This document shows positions 1 to 11,655 of a stretch of 64,000 nt of DNA, piece after piece. Origin of the DNA: Octopus sinensis (lineage: Eukaryota). The position numbers and the translations under genes are program-made. The notes under the pieces are model-generated. The model was not told where the DNA came from and made no database searches. It worked only from the letters and a program-made list of their open reading frames with translations. The stretch lies in contig NC_043003.1 in NCBI RefSeq assembly GCF_006345805.1, forward strand, positions 80,476,001-80,540,000, in the 5' to 3' direction. Every line of letters begins with the position of its first letter. Position 1 is the first letter of the stretch.

Positions 1-54
1 GAGCTGACTTGTTTGATATTTTTGTTGGTTGAATTTGCGCATCAAATTTACAGG

Positions 55-622
55 ATCTTTACCTTTTGAGCTACAGATTAAAAAAAATAATTTTACGTAA
101 CTAATTACTTTCAAACTTCAGACACTGGTAGAATGTGTCATATAAAACATCTTTTACTCTTAGCCTTTTTGAGAAAAACTTATATTTACGAACCTATTTC
201 ATCTTAAAGTTCTCGCATTTCGATAATTCCAACCAACAATTGACGTGTATTCAGCTGAATAAAATTACTGCTGTTGTTTGTCAACAAGAAATTCCGGCGG
301 TGTATATTTCGTTTGTCACTGTTGTTTATGACAACCCTAACCCTAACCCTAAAACCCTAACCTTAACCCCAAAATCTTAAAACGCACGAACGATGTCATA
401 AATAACAGTGACAAACGAAAAATACACCGCTGATAATTGTTGTTGACAAACAACGGCAGTAATTTTATTGAGCTGAATACACATCATTGATTGGTTGAGA
501 TTACCGAAATACGAGGACTCAAAAATGCTAGGAGTAAAACATGTTTTATATGACACATTCTACCAGTGTCCGAAGTTTAGTTACAAATTTTTTTTTTAAT
601 TTGTAGGTCAAAAGGTAAAGAT
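55..622. mobile_element. Foldback/MITE-like palindromic element with a central telomere-like (TAACCC)n core
   Basis: Left arm about 55-332 is the reverse complement of right arm about 395-622, with indels. Inner arms 297-332 and 395-430 differ at 2 of 36 positions. The centre, 333-370, reads aaccctaaccctaaccctaaaaccctaaccttaacccc. Confidence 0.8.
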
Positions 623-807
623 ATCCATAATAAAAAGCATTCAGCCATCCTATTTTACCGATGATATTTCTTTTGTTTCGAAATTTTAGAATCTGAACAT
701 CTTTGGATGAGTGTATTTTTTGTCTGCTAATAAATATGGCATAAATAACATCAGCAATTCGATGTATTTCATATCGACATATTTCATGTATTCGATTTTG
801 CATGTTT

Positions 808-949
808 TTCTGAATTCAAATGCTGCCGATGTTGACTTTGCCTTTCATCTTTTAAGGTTCGATAAAATAAATACCAGTTGGGCACTATAGTCAATCTAAT
901 CGACTGGCCCCTCCCCCGAAATTGCTGGCCTTGTGCCAAAATAGGAAAC
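808..949 (+). mobile_element. SINE family A fragment (degenerate)
   Basis: Contains ttcaaatgctgccgatgttgactttgcctttcatc...gaaattgctggccttgtgccaaaa, matching better-preserved copies at 18996-19204, 25651-25866 and 62272-62491. Confidence 0.75.
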
Positions 950-1231
950 TAAGATGTGAAGCACCACATTGTCAGTGTTTGCCTCCACTATTTTGTCTGC
1001 ATTCTACATTCCTCCGCATTTCTCTCTCCCCCACTCTCTCTATCTCCATGCAGTCACGCACACACACACACACACACAGATATATATATATATATATATA
1101 TCACGTGATCACGTGACCGACTAGACCACCAGATGTTGCTACACATCGCTGGTCACAATGCGTTCGCATTGTTTTAGCCTTCGAATGACGCCACCCCGCT
1201 GGCTAAGCGAGCAAGCCAACATATATATATA

Positions 1232-1284
<53 letters not shown>

Positions 1285-1402
1285 TACATATACACACAAA
1301 TGTATATGTGTTAGTGTGTTAACTATCGTTGCTTATTTAATGCATTTTTTATTTGTTGAGGAACTGAATGCCACGCATCCCGACCTTCGTTAACAGTATG
1401 TT

Positions 1403-1434
<32 letters not shown>

Positions 1435-1506
1435 TATATACATACATACATATATAGATATATATATATATAAACATATATATATATATGTACATATATA
1501 TACATA

Positions 1507-2707
1507 CAGGGGTTGAACAAAGTAATGGAAACACCTACTATCATAGCCCCATAAGTTTGAAATAGCTATAAAATAGTCAAAATCTTGTTTATTTTTATGT
1601 TGTTTTTTTTTTTTACTTATAATTATTATTGCTTAATATGTTTTGCTAAAATTGTGGTTTCTTTTCAGATATCATCAGAAAAAGGTAATTAAAATTAATT
1701 TAAAATGAGAATTGTATTGGACTTTAAATAGGTCAAATTGTTAGTGCTCGTATGGCTGGAGCTAGGGTAACGAAAACAGCCGAAATGTTTGGTGTATGAG
1801 GAAATACTGTTTCGAAAGTAATGGCAGTTTTTGAAAAAAAAAGAAAAACCTCTTCGTCGAAACAAAACTCCAGAAGAAAACCAAAACGTTCAGATAGGGG
1901 CCATCAGACACTTACGCGAATTGTTAGAAAGGAACAATTCTGAGAAAAGAACAGCTCCCAAAATTTCTGGAGAGCTTAATGACCACCTCAAAAACCCAGT
2001 TTCCACAAAGCCTGTTCGCTGGAAGCTGTACAAATCTGATTTCACGGGAAGGCTGCAATCAGAGAACCACTACTTTCAAAAGTAAACGTTTCAAAGTTTT
2101 TACAGTGGAGTAAAAACCTACAGAATTGGTCTCTAGAGCAGTAGAAGAATGTTTACGTGTGGAGACAACCAAAAGAAGCCTTTAACCCAGATCCAGCTGT
2201 TAAACATGGAGGAGGATCTGTGATGATCTGGGGGGGGGGGTATATCTAGGAAATCCGCCGGCCCAATGGTTTCCGTTCACGGCAGAGTTAATAGTCAAGA
2301 CTATTGAAGCATTTTATCTGATCAAATTCTTCTTATGTTTGCGGAACTGTTTCTGGAGGGAAACGCAATCTTTCAGGATGATGATACCCCAATTCACGCA
2401 GCTAAAGTTATTACAGAATGGCACGAGGAACATCTTATCTGGTCACCACTCAATATTATTGAACATATATGGTGCATTTTAGGAAAAATATGTAAGGGAT
2501 GTATTTCTTCCTTCACCATCACTACAAGAACTGGAGACGGTTTCAGCTGAATAATTGACAAAAATTCCATTGGAAACAATTCGGACTTTGTACGAATTCA
2601 TACCTCATAGACTTCATGCTGTAATTACTGCCAAAGGCGATCCTACACCAAATTAGAATAAATTTGTATGAAATTTTAAGGTGTTTCCATTATTTTTCCG
2701 AACCTTG
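1507..2707 (+). mobile_element. Tc1-like DNA transposon, decayed transposase
   Basis: About 30-bp imperfect TIRs (caggggttgaacaaagtaatggaaacacct / aggtgtttccattatttttccgaaccttg) flanked by TA at 1505-1506 and 2708-2709. Broken frames give GQIVSARMAGARVTKTAEMFGV, RTAPKISGELNDHLKNPVSTK and FQDDDTPIHAAKVITEW...LNIIEHIW, all Tc1 transposase motifs. Confidence 0.92.
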
Positions 2708-4990
2708 TATATTGCCACTCTATCCTCTATACTTATATCTTACTCCTCCTCATTTATTTTTCTAGCATTTCCACAGCTTTCTTTCTCTTTCTCTCTAGTC
2801 CTCTCACTTTTAATTATAGACTTTCTCTCTTCTTTCCTTCCTTCCATCCCTGTTCTCTCTGCCGCTCTCTGTCTGTCTGTCTCGCCGTCCCACCTCTCTC
2901 TCTTTCTTTTTTATCCTCCTTCCCCTCTATCTACTGGTCACACGTGCCTCGTGGCTAATTTTCCTATTTCTCTGCCTGTTTCGCAACGGACGGTTGGCTA
3001 GCCGATCGATATCTATCTCCTCTCTTGCCATTTATGTTTCTATATCCATTCAGGATTTCTTCCAGGCGTTACCCATCATTCATGTCTTTTTGGCCGAAAG
3101 GGCGTATTTATTCCCTCTTTATTTATCATCTTAAATTACTTTTGTTTACTTTCGTACGTCCACTCTGTATCGTTCTGTTCGATCGAAGCCCTAAGTCTCC
3201 ACAAATATTACGGGTTCCGCCAATATGGCAAGTTCTCAGTATTATCATTAAAGGCATGAAAATGAGTGTTGCCATTCCTTTGATAAGTGATGAAGAATTA
3301 GGGTCCTTCTGAGTCTGCCCTACGTGTACGTTTTTTTTAGCTATTGTTGTTTATTTCATGCATTTTTCAAATACATTTACATACATATACATATATACAC
3401 ACGTTTCTGGTGTGCATGCGTGTGTATGTGTTTACTGATCCAAATTAACTTTTCTGAACTGAAAAGAACATACTTTGCTGTGAAAGACTTACAAGATCGA
3501 AACATGTATGTTGTTTTAACTGGTCAGTTTTAACGACATTATCTAATTCGATCTGCATTATATTTGTATGCCAAGCATTTTTCATTACTCAATTTCTTTG
3601 ACATTATATTAATTCTTGTTTGTTTTTAGGTCTTAATCATATCGAAAAGAAATTTTATTTTACGAATTGCAGAGATAAGTCCAGTTAATCGATCGCTTTC
3701 ACGTCACAGTGTTAAATATGTTACAACTTACCAATTTCAAATGGTTGCTGCTGTACTGTCACTTTGAAGAAAATATTATTTATTTGGTCGTCTTGCTCTC
3801 GTTCAAAAATATCTTCGCTGAATGTAATCTGATCTAACGTATTATATGACTCACGCGGTATTAAAATAAATTTGCATTAATGAATTTGTTTTATTTCTAT
3901 AAAACAAATTACGAATTGAACATGATTCAAGCATTAACTCGTATACGCTGCTATGTTTCAGAAGAAGACATGGTGTACGCAAATATTAATCTTGATTTAA
4001 GGGGAATGTGCTGGTTTTCAGAAATGTCTTCGCTATAGATTGTGTAAAGTCTCAAAGATGTTGTAAATCTTGCATTACATGGAAAATGGGGAACAGTGGC
4101 GACGAAAAGATGAGATCACAAACTATACTGGTTGCAAATATAACTTGTTATAGTTAGAGCCATTGTGGCTGTTATAAATGTAGTCAAGCAATGAATTGGA
4201 GGTAGGCGTGGTTTCTTTGTCTCCTACGCCTGGTAACGCATTTGGAAACCTTGGATTAGTGATGCTATAATATGGCTAAACATTTTAATGCAATTGGATA
4301 TATTTTATTTACATAAGTCACTTCAACGAGAAATGCATCCCCTGAAAACATTTCATTTAGCTGTGACAATGATTATGATAAATAAATAATGCTATGTGGC
4401 TTTTGCTAGTGCTCATCTATATACAAGAAAGCAGGAAATTTGACAGATGTACTTTCAGAATACAAATAATTCTATAACCTGAAAACATTCAAAGAAAGGA
4501 AACAAACAGAAAAAGAGAGTGTAAAGTTATTACGATGTAATTAAAACAATTCTGTTCCGATGTCAGAAATGACACTAAACGCATACACAAACCACATTAA
4601 TTCCGGAACTCATAAATATCATAATACTTATTATACATACTCATCCTGATCTTAATAAATCTCCTTAATGTTTGTCATTTATCGTTAAAGATCCTCCTAA
4701 CTCGTAAATCTATTACAGTTTTAATCTTTGCGATTAATCTCTGCATTATCAATAGATGGAGTGTGTTGCGATAGAGATATGCAATACAATGACATTAATA
4801 AGTGTCATTTGCCAGCATTTCCAATATTTTTTGTTATTTAAAATGTGCTTGTAAAGCTAAAAATCAATACAATACAAAAAATATAGCACTATAACTGTTA
4901 GCTTTTAAAAATACACATTGTTAAAGGGAATGAAGACACAAAACTATTCTGGTCATACATTAGCTCAATAAAAAAGCTTTACGCGTAAAG

Positions 4991-5309
4991 ACCTCCCCCA
5001 GTCATGAATGGCCATGCACTGAGAAAACTACCCTCCAAGGGACTAGTCTGAGCAAAGTTGTTTATGGAAAAACCAGCATTCGCCCATGCACACTATGCAT
5101 ACCAAGCCTCCACTCTTCACGTCACCGATGTTATCCAAGGGGAAGGCAAAAGCCATTACAACTTGGAACCAGTGACGTCGTAACATTTCTATAGCTGAGT
5201 GAACTGGAGCAACGTGAAATAAAGTGTTTTCCTCAAGAACACCACACAACCCGGTCCGGTTCGAGAATCATGATTGTGAACCCGACGATCTAAACACTGA
5301 GCCATGCGC
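4991..5309 (-). mobile_element. tRNA-derived SINE family B
   Basis: tRNA-like head on the minus strand (tggctcagtgtttaga...; degenerate B box). The body gaggaaaacactttatttcacgttgctccagttcactcagct matches the 18338-18660 copy. Confidence 0.85.
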
Positions 5310-5880
5310 TCAATAATAAAACAGAGTAAATTGCAAAGATAAAGTAAACAGTAAATTGCAAAGTTAAGTAAATTGCATAGATAAACACAAGAGTTGGTAC
5401 AATGTGTGCTATATTTCATGTTTACTGATTCAACAGGAAGTGTTTTTAGAATTTAATTATCATGTAATTAAAAGCACTCCCTATATTTGAATAGTAAGTT
5501 TTTCTATAGACTTATTCCATGATTCCCATTTATCTATATTATGCCAGATCTTGAATTGATAAAGATTTTAACGAGCTAGAGATGGGCTATCGCATATATT
5601 CCCGACTCCTGCGCGGAGAGTATAACCTACCGAGATCTTCTTAACTTTAACATTTCATCCTTTAATGTCGATAAACATTAGCAATACTATTATAGGTGAT
5701 TTACGGCAATGTAAGAGTATGAGGCAAGGTATCTTGTGGTATCTGTTGCAACTATTTGCATTCTCATAGCAACACCTACGACGAGTATGCTGCCAAGCTG
5801 TATCTATCTTAACCGCTGGCTTTTTTCATTGTCTTGTATAAGTTAAATTTGTGTGCATACGCAGCTGTTCTCTTTCTCAG

Positions 5881-5941
5881 AAGTTCTTCCCAATGTCAGT
5901 AGATCCATTTGCTAATGCATCGCTGACGTTCACGAACAAAG
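5881..5941 (+). CDS. Candidate host exon of an unidentified gene (KFFPMSVDPFANASLTFTNK)
   Basis: Polypyrimidine acceptor ctgttctctttctcag, donor AAG|gtaata, one open frame, non-repetitive sequence. No homology recognised. Confidence 0.22.
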
Positions 5942-5983
5942 GTAATAGCTGCATAATACTTAGATTTTACAATTTTCTCAGTA

Positions 5984-6127
5984 GGCGTAGTTGTGTGGTA
6001 GGAAACTTACTTCCCACATACATGGTTCATGGTTCCTTGGGCAAGTGTGTTGTACTGCAGCCTCGGGCCAACCCAAAGCCTTGTGAGTGAATTTGACTCA
6101 CGGAAACTGGAAGTAGTCCGTCGTGTA
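5984..6127 (+). mobile_element. tRNA-derived SINE family D, 5' part with deletion
   Basis: cttgggcaagtgt...gcctcgggcc...aaagccttgtgagtg...ggaaactg, shared in reverse complement with 27865-28215 and 46996-47378. Confidence 0.75.
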
Positions 6128-6303
6128 TATATATATATATATATATATATGTTGTAAAATCTACACAGCCTTGGTTTTTTATCTCCTTACGAAAAAATTA
6201 CACTCACACACACACACACACACATACACACACACACAAATGTATGACAGCAGACAAAACAGGTAAAAGATAAAAGATTAAAGAATATGAGTATAGCAAT
6301 GTC

Positions 6304-6451
6304 ATTATTTAATTACTTACATTTGACGGATATTTGTCCTCGTCTTGTTTGTTGTTAACCCAACGTTTACGCTGATATACCCTCCAGGCTTCATCAGGTG
6401 ACTTGGAGAAATTTCGAACCTGGGTTCGCATTCCTAAGGTATTTTTTTCGA

Positions 6452-6486
<35 letters not shown>

Positions 6487-6558
6487 TCACTGCCTGGAAT
6501 CGAACTCGGAATCTCGGGGTTAGTAGGACGCGGTCTTAATCACTACGCCATATGCCCG
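6304..6558 (-). mobile_element. tRNA-headed SINE with (AAT)n linker and hammerhead-like 3' segment
   Basis: Minus strand: GGGCATA-TGGCGTAGTGATT (A box)...GAGTTCGATTCC (B box), then (AAT)n, then ...aagtcac CTGATGA AGCCTG gagggtatat CAGCG TAAAC GTT GGGTT... Confidence 0.8.
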
Positions 6559-7204
6559 TAAATGTTGTACATAATTCCTCCTCTCTAAATATAGAAAAGT
6601 AATGTCATTGTTGATTGGAACTCATCTTTGGATCTACAGGATTTCTGATTTTTTGCAATCTCATGGTGAAGTACATTCTCTTACAGCTTTGTGTCATCAC
6701 ATCAGCTGGTTAACTGGGAATTATGTTGAAGCCTGTCGGAAAGGTGTTGATGTCCGTGCACTATAAACTTTAGAGGGACGTGTTTAACACCTCAAAATGA
6801 CCCTGTTTTGTTAGGATCTTGGCCCAAGTTTTAACTTTTGAAATTATTTATTCCCGCATGTCTTAGAATCTCAATAAAATGCAATGTGACCAAACAATTA
6901 TAAATATAAAAAGTGTAAACCTCATTCTATATTACTTTGTGCTGAGTGGATCAATGAAACAAAACGGAGAGTAAGAGAGAGGAAGGAATAGAGAGAGGAA
7001 CAGAGAAAGGAAGAAGGAAAAAGAGAGAAAGAGAAAGAGAGGAGGAAAGAGAGGAGAAATTATTCTGAATGAGATAATGATACTCTTCTTTCCCCCAGCC
7101 AATGCTCATATGTTATTTCTTCTTAAATGCTCAAAATGGTAACAATACGGAAATGGAAGAAGCCCATCTTATATATTATTATATATATATGTGTGTGTAC
7201 GTGT

Positions 7205-7375
7205 CTGTGTGTGTCCACCGCCGCTTCACAACCGGAGTTGGTGTGAGTACGTCCCCATAATCTAGCGGCTCAGTATAAATACAGGCGAATAAAATATAAC
7301 CGCAGGGGTTCAGACATTCGAATAAAAATTCATCTAGACGATGATCCAGCATAGCCGTAATCTATTGACTGAAAA
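7205..7375 (+). mobile_element. SINE family D 3' fragment (degenerate)
   Basis: acgtccccataatctagcgg...gaataaaatata... resembles the 3' part of the 18690-18925 copy. Confidence 0.55.
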
Positions 7376-8926
7376 AAATGATAAAAGATAAATATGTTTT
7401 CATTATTATATTCTTTTCCTGGATTCCTTTGCTTGCCAGTCGAATTGCTGGGATATAAGCAATAACTCATTATCTACGCTCTCTTCAGACTTGTAATGAT
7501 ATTATGGAATTGCATTTGTCAGAATACGAGAGCATGGGATATAAAATCGTATAATTTAGTATACGATTTTATTAAAGCCAAAATGAAAAATGAAAAAAAA
7601 GGAAATGCTTCACAAACTGCTACTCAGAGTATCGCGTATTCGTTCATCCGACAGTACAGTTCTGATAATACAGTATATATATATATATCGGAACGTCACT
7701 TGATAATATATCCTTATAGTCGAATCGTCAAACCCCAATTTCCGCAGACATTTAAACACTTTTCGAACTGGAAATACGAAACTGAGACGGTCATGGAATT
7801 CTGAAAGCGTGCGGACTGGATACCCTTTTCGTCCATTAGTACCGTAAAAATTTTATGCCCGGACTGATGTAAGGCAAAAACAATATATAATTTTTGACTG
7901 GCCGTAATTAACTGACCGTCACAGATTTCTGTCCCCACTTTGAAGAATGTATTCAGTTTATATTCCACAGATTTTATATTCGTAAATCGACTGATGACGG
8001 TTTAGCAATTTGTTCCTCATGAAGCACACAGATGATTTGTTTACTGAGATTAAATATTTGTCTTTGTACAAACCCACTCACTCCATCAAATTAACGTTAC
8101 TTGTGCAGTTGCAGAAGCGTGCCATATGTCAGATGTGGAAATGATCGCAGCGGAAAATGAAATACAATTAGAACGGGGAATATCAATGAATTAATCGTTG
8201 GCGGAGAGATCGAGAGTGAAGCCTAACTAGTTATTGCAAATAAGGCCAGTAAGAAATATGTAAGTGAATACATAGCAATAAGTATACTTAAACATATATA
8301 CAGATATAAACCTGGATATATTTCTATATATATTCATATATATTATTATTATCATTTAATAGGTATCTTTCAGCTGTGTGTAATATATAAGAGAAAGTGC
8401 AAATCTGATACATCTGCAATCCTTTTTCACATATAAAACACAACCTGTGCTCTTTTAGAAATCTGTATCTTGTATGAGCGCGCGGTACCGAACTCAAGCG
8501 AAACTTCTGTTGTTTAAGGCTCAGCAATGGTGTGGTTTAAGACGACGCAAATACTGTTCTGTTGTCCTAACTCCTTCTCACATTATCACTTGTCGCCTGC
8601 CTAATAAGACATGGTTTTCATTGATTACAACTGACTGGAATTTGGTGGCGTCAAAAACGTTTGACTTCTCATTGCGCCAGTAAGAATATTTGCGACAATA
8701 AAATATAGACACACTGACGTAGTTTCAGGTGCATGGAATGTGTTGCATATGGGAATGCAACCGTGATTCTCTGGTCATCTCCATGGCTACGTTCCGTGTT
8801 TAAGTGACGTATGGTTGAAGTTATTGTCTCCATTGTTCATCGATAGACGAATTCATGCACCTTCTGTGATTTTCATTATTTCTTTCTCTCTACTTTTATT
8901 CATAATGTTTATTTGGCGATTGCAGG

Positions 8927-9011
<85 letters not shown>

Positions 9012-9922
9012 AATGAATGATGTGTGTGCATGTTTGTGTGTGTATATCTTTTCTATGTGAATTGTGTATTTGAATCATAGAAGAATATAGCTATAAATGT
9101 ATTCATTTGAAGTCCCAGTATTCGCTTTTGTCTTTGTGTTTATGAAAGATGAAACAAATATATTATGTACTTTTGTTATTTGTTGATATTTAAATTAGAA
9201 TTTCTTCAACTTAAAACTTTATGGAAACTCTCTGTTTGCCACCTAATTTATAGGAAATTATAGCTTTGTTTACTTTCTTTTTTTATTTTCTTACAGTTAC
9301 ATTTGTTATAAAGTCATTCAAACATGTAACCCAGCAATTAGCTCTGACATCTGCATTGACGCCTTTTATATGATTAAGCCTGTTTACTGTCAAACTCACT
9401 AATGAAGGCCTTAGGAACAACTTTTTGGATGACATCGGTTCTTTATTCTATAACGTATCATTCTGAAATATTTTGATAGAATGTAATATCTGAAAGAAAA
9501 TGCAGACGCTAGACCAATTAGTTTCTATTTACTTGTAAGTGTTCTTTGACAAAGACATACTGGCGACCTTTATAGATTTACTCATGTTTAAATAGGAGAT
9601 AAAACATTGTCTTACAACAGGAATAATTTCATATTTGATTTAATGCAAAGTTTTCTATATCGGAAAATCTCGATCAGGTTTTATGTTATCCCATTGTAGA
9701 ATACAATGATATAGTTTAATTCATTGAATTTTCTGTTTATCGATACTCTCATCCTTTTCTCTGATAATGTGAACCGAATGACATCGTATATATGCGCTTA
9801 CATTTAGATGTTAACTCGCTCGACAATTGCGATATACGAATATGAAACTTGAGTATTTGCGCATATCATATGATATTCAGAAAAAAAAACATTAGAGAAG
9901 CAGGATTTAAAATCTTTCCTAT

Positions 9923-10300
9923 CCTCCTCCTCCTCCTCCTCGTCTTCCTCCCCAACTCCTCCTCTTCCTTCCTCCTCTTCCTCCGCCTCCTCCTCTTCTT
10001 CTTCTTCTTCTTCTCCTTCTTCTCCTTCTTCTTCTCCTTCTTCTTCTTCACTTCGTTCTGCCCTCCTCATACCCACTTCTTGACCTCCTCCTGCCCTCCT
10101 CCTCCTCCTTCTCATCAACCTTCTTCTCATCATCATCAATTTCCCCATCGTACGCCCCTCCCCCTCCTCCTACTCACGATCATCATCAGCAGAAGTATCA
10201 TTATCATCACCATTGTCATCGTCGTCGTCATCAAACGATATCATCATCATTATCGTCAGTTTCATTGTCGTCGTCGACATCGTCGTCATCGTGATCATCA
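9923..10300. repeat. Degenerate triplet microsatellite (CCT/CTT/CAT/CGT)n
   Basis: Direct reading; it produces the poly-E, poly-R, poly-K and poly-L shadow ORFs in the track. Confidence 0.9.
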
Positions 10301-10739
10301 TTATTTATTCGAAGAATGAACATTGGTGCTCAAAGCGTGTACACCCTCTATTAGATTAATTAGATCAATGTAACTAATATGACACTTGTAGGAAAAACAA
10401 TCAGTGCAGAGATTTCTTGATTTAATGAATCTAGGAAGGAATAATTGTGTTATTATTGAGAATTTGTATAGGTGCGTCAGGGTAGGGGTTACAAATTGAA
10501 TAGAATGCTGTGGCAGGATTCATGTGGTGCACAGCTTACCAGTTCAAGTGCTTTTTGAGTATTCGAAAGAATTTATGTGAAGACAGCAGAACACCTGTAT
10601 TATAACTGTTTCTAATTAAGTCACAAAGTCAACAGTTTTGAGGAGATGTAAGTCGGTCACACCCGCTATATTTTAGCGGTTTGGGAGATATGAAAAGCAA
10701 AAGTGACAGCCATGGGACTTAATCTCAGAAAGTATTTGT

Positions 10740-11070
10740 GTGACCCCTTTCGGTCACGAATGACCATGGGATTACACCTAGAAAGTTACCCTCCGAGGCA
10801 GAAGTCTGGGCAAGCTTGTTTATGGAAGACCAGTTGGGCAAGGTTGTTTATGGTATGCCCACGCATACCAGCCTCCCCTCTCCATGCCATCTATGTTATC
10901 CAAGGGAAAGGCAAAGGCCGATACAGCTTGGCACCAGTGATGTCACAGCTCATTTATTAACGTGCATGTGGCTGAGCACTCCACAGACACGTGTACCCTT
11001 AACATAGTTCTCAGGGAGACTCAGCGTGACACAGAGTGTGACAAGGCTGGCCCTTTGAAATACAGATACA
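10740..11070 (-). mobile_element. SINE family B 3' half fused to a SINE family C internal fragment
   Basis: 10740-10955 matches 18338-18530. 10956-11070 (attaacgtgcatgtggctgagcactcc...) matches 54137-54250. Confidence 0.75.
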
Positions 11071-11454
11071 ACAGAAACAGGAAAAAAGAGTGAGAGAAAG
11101 TTGTGGTGAAAGAGTACAGCAAGGAAAATATTTTGACACAAATGAAGTTTTAATATTGAAGTGAAACTAACGGTATTTTTGAGTTCTTGAATGGTTTACA
11201 AACATCTTCCACGCTGCAATAGTTTTGTTTCAGTACAGGATCTCGAATTAAGTTACTTGCTATGCAAGTATATCTCCGTAATTTTTAAAAATCACTGTAG
11301 ATAATAGCAATGACCATCTCAGGCTCTCCAATACTTTAATTTCTAATCAGAAACAATCGGGGGCAGAGAGTGGGATTGCAAAAGATTCATAATTTCTGAA
11401 ATTTTCGTTTCTGTAGCATATAAATGCATTTATAGGGAAAATATTCTTTTCTAC

Positions 11455-11655
11455 TTTAGGTACAATGACCAAATTTTTTGAGGATGGGGCCAATCGATTA
11501 GATCGACTCCAGTACGCCACTCGTACTTAATTATCGATACCGAAAGAATGAAAGGCAAATTCGATCTCGGCGGTATTTGAACTCAGAACGTAAAGACAGA
11601 CGAAATACCGCTAAGGATTTCGCTCAGCGTGCTAACTTTTCTGCCAGCTTGCCGT
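11455..11655 (-). mobile_element. SINE family A
   Basis: gaaaggcaaattcgatctcggcggtatttgaactcagaacg matches the family A core. Confidence 0.85.

Noticed and set aside
333-370. TAACCC repeats as a true telomere or chromosome-fusion site
   Set aside because: Short, degenerate and centred in a palindromic repeat element.
6485-6558. tRNA-like heads here and at 18590-18660 and 54310-54380 as tRNA genes
   Set aside because: Acceptor stems are incomplete and each is fused to a SINE body.
7985-8040. CTGATGA...GAAG with partial stem I
   Set aside because: GAAA is absent and stems II and III are unpaired.
9804-10319. Poly-E, poly-K and poly-L ORFs up to 156 aa
   Set aside because: Translations of a degenerate triplet microsatellite.
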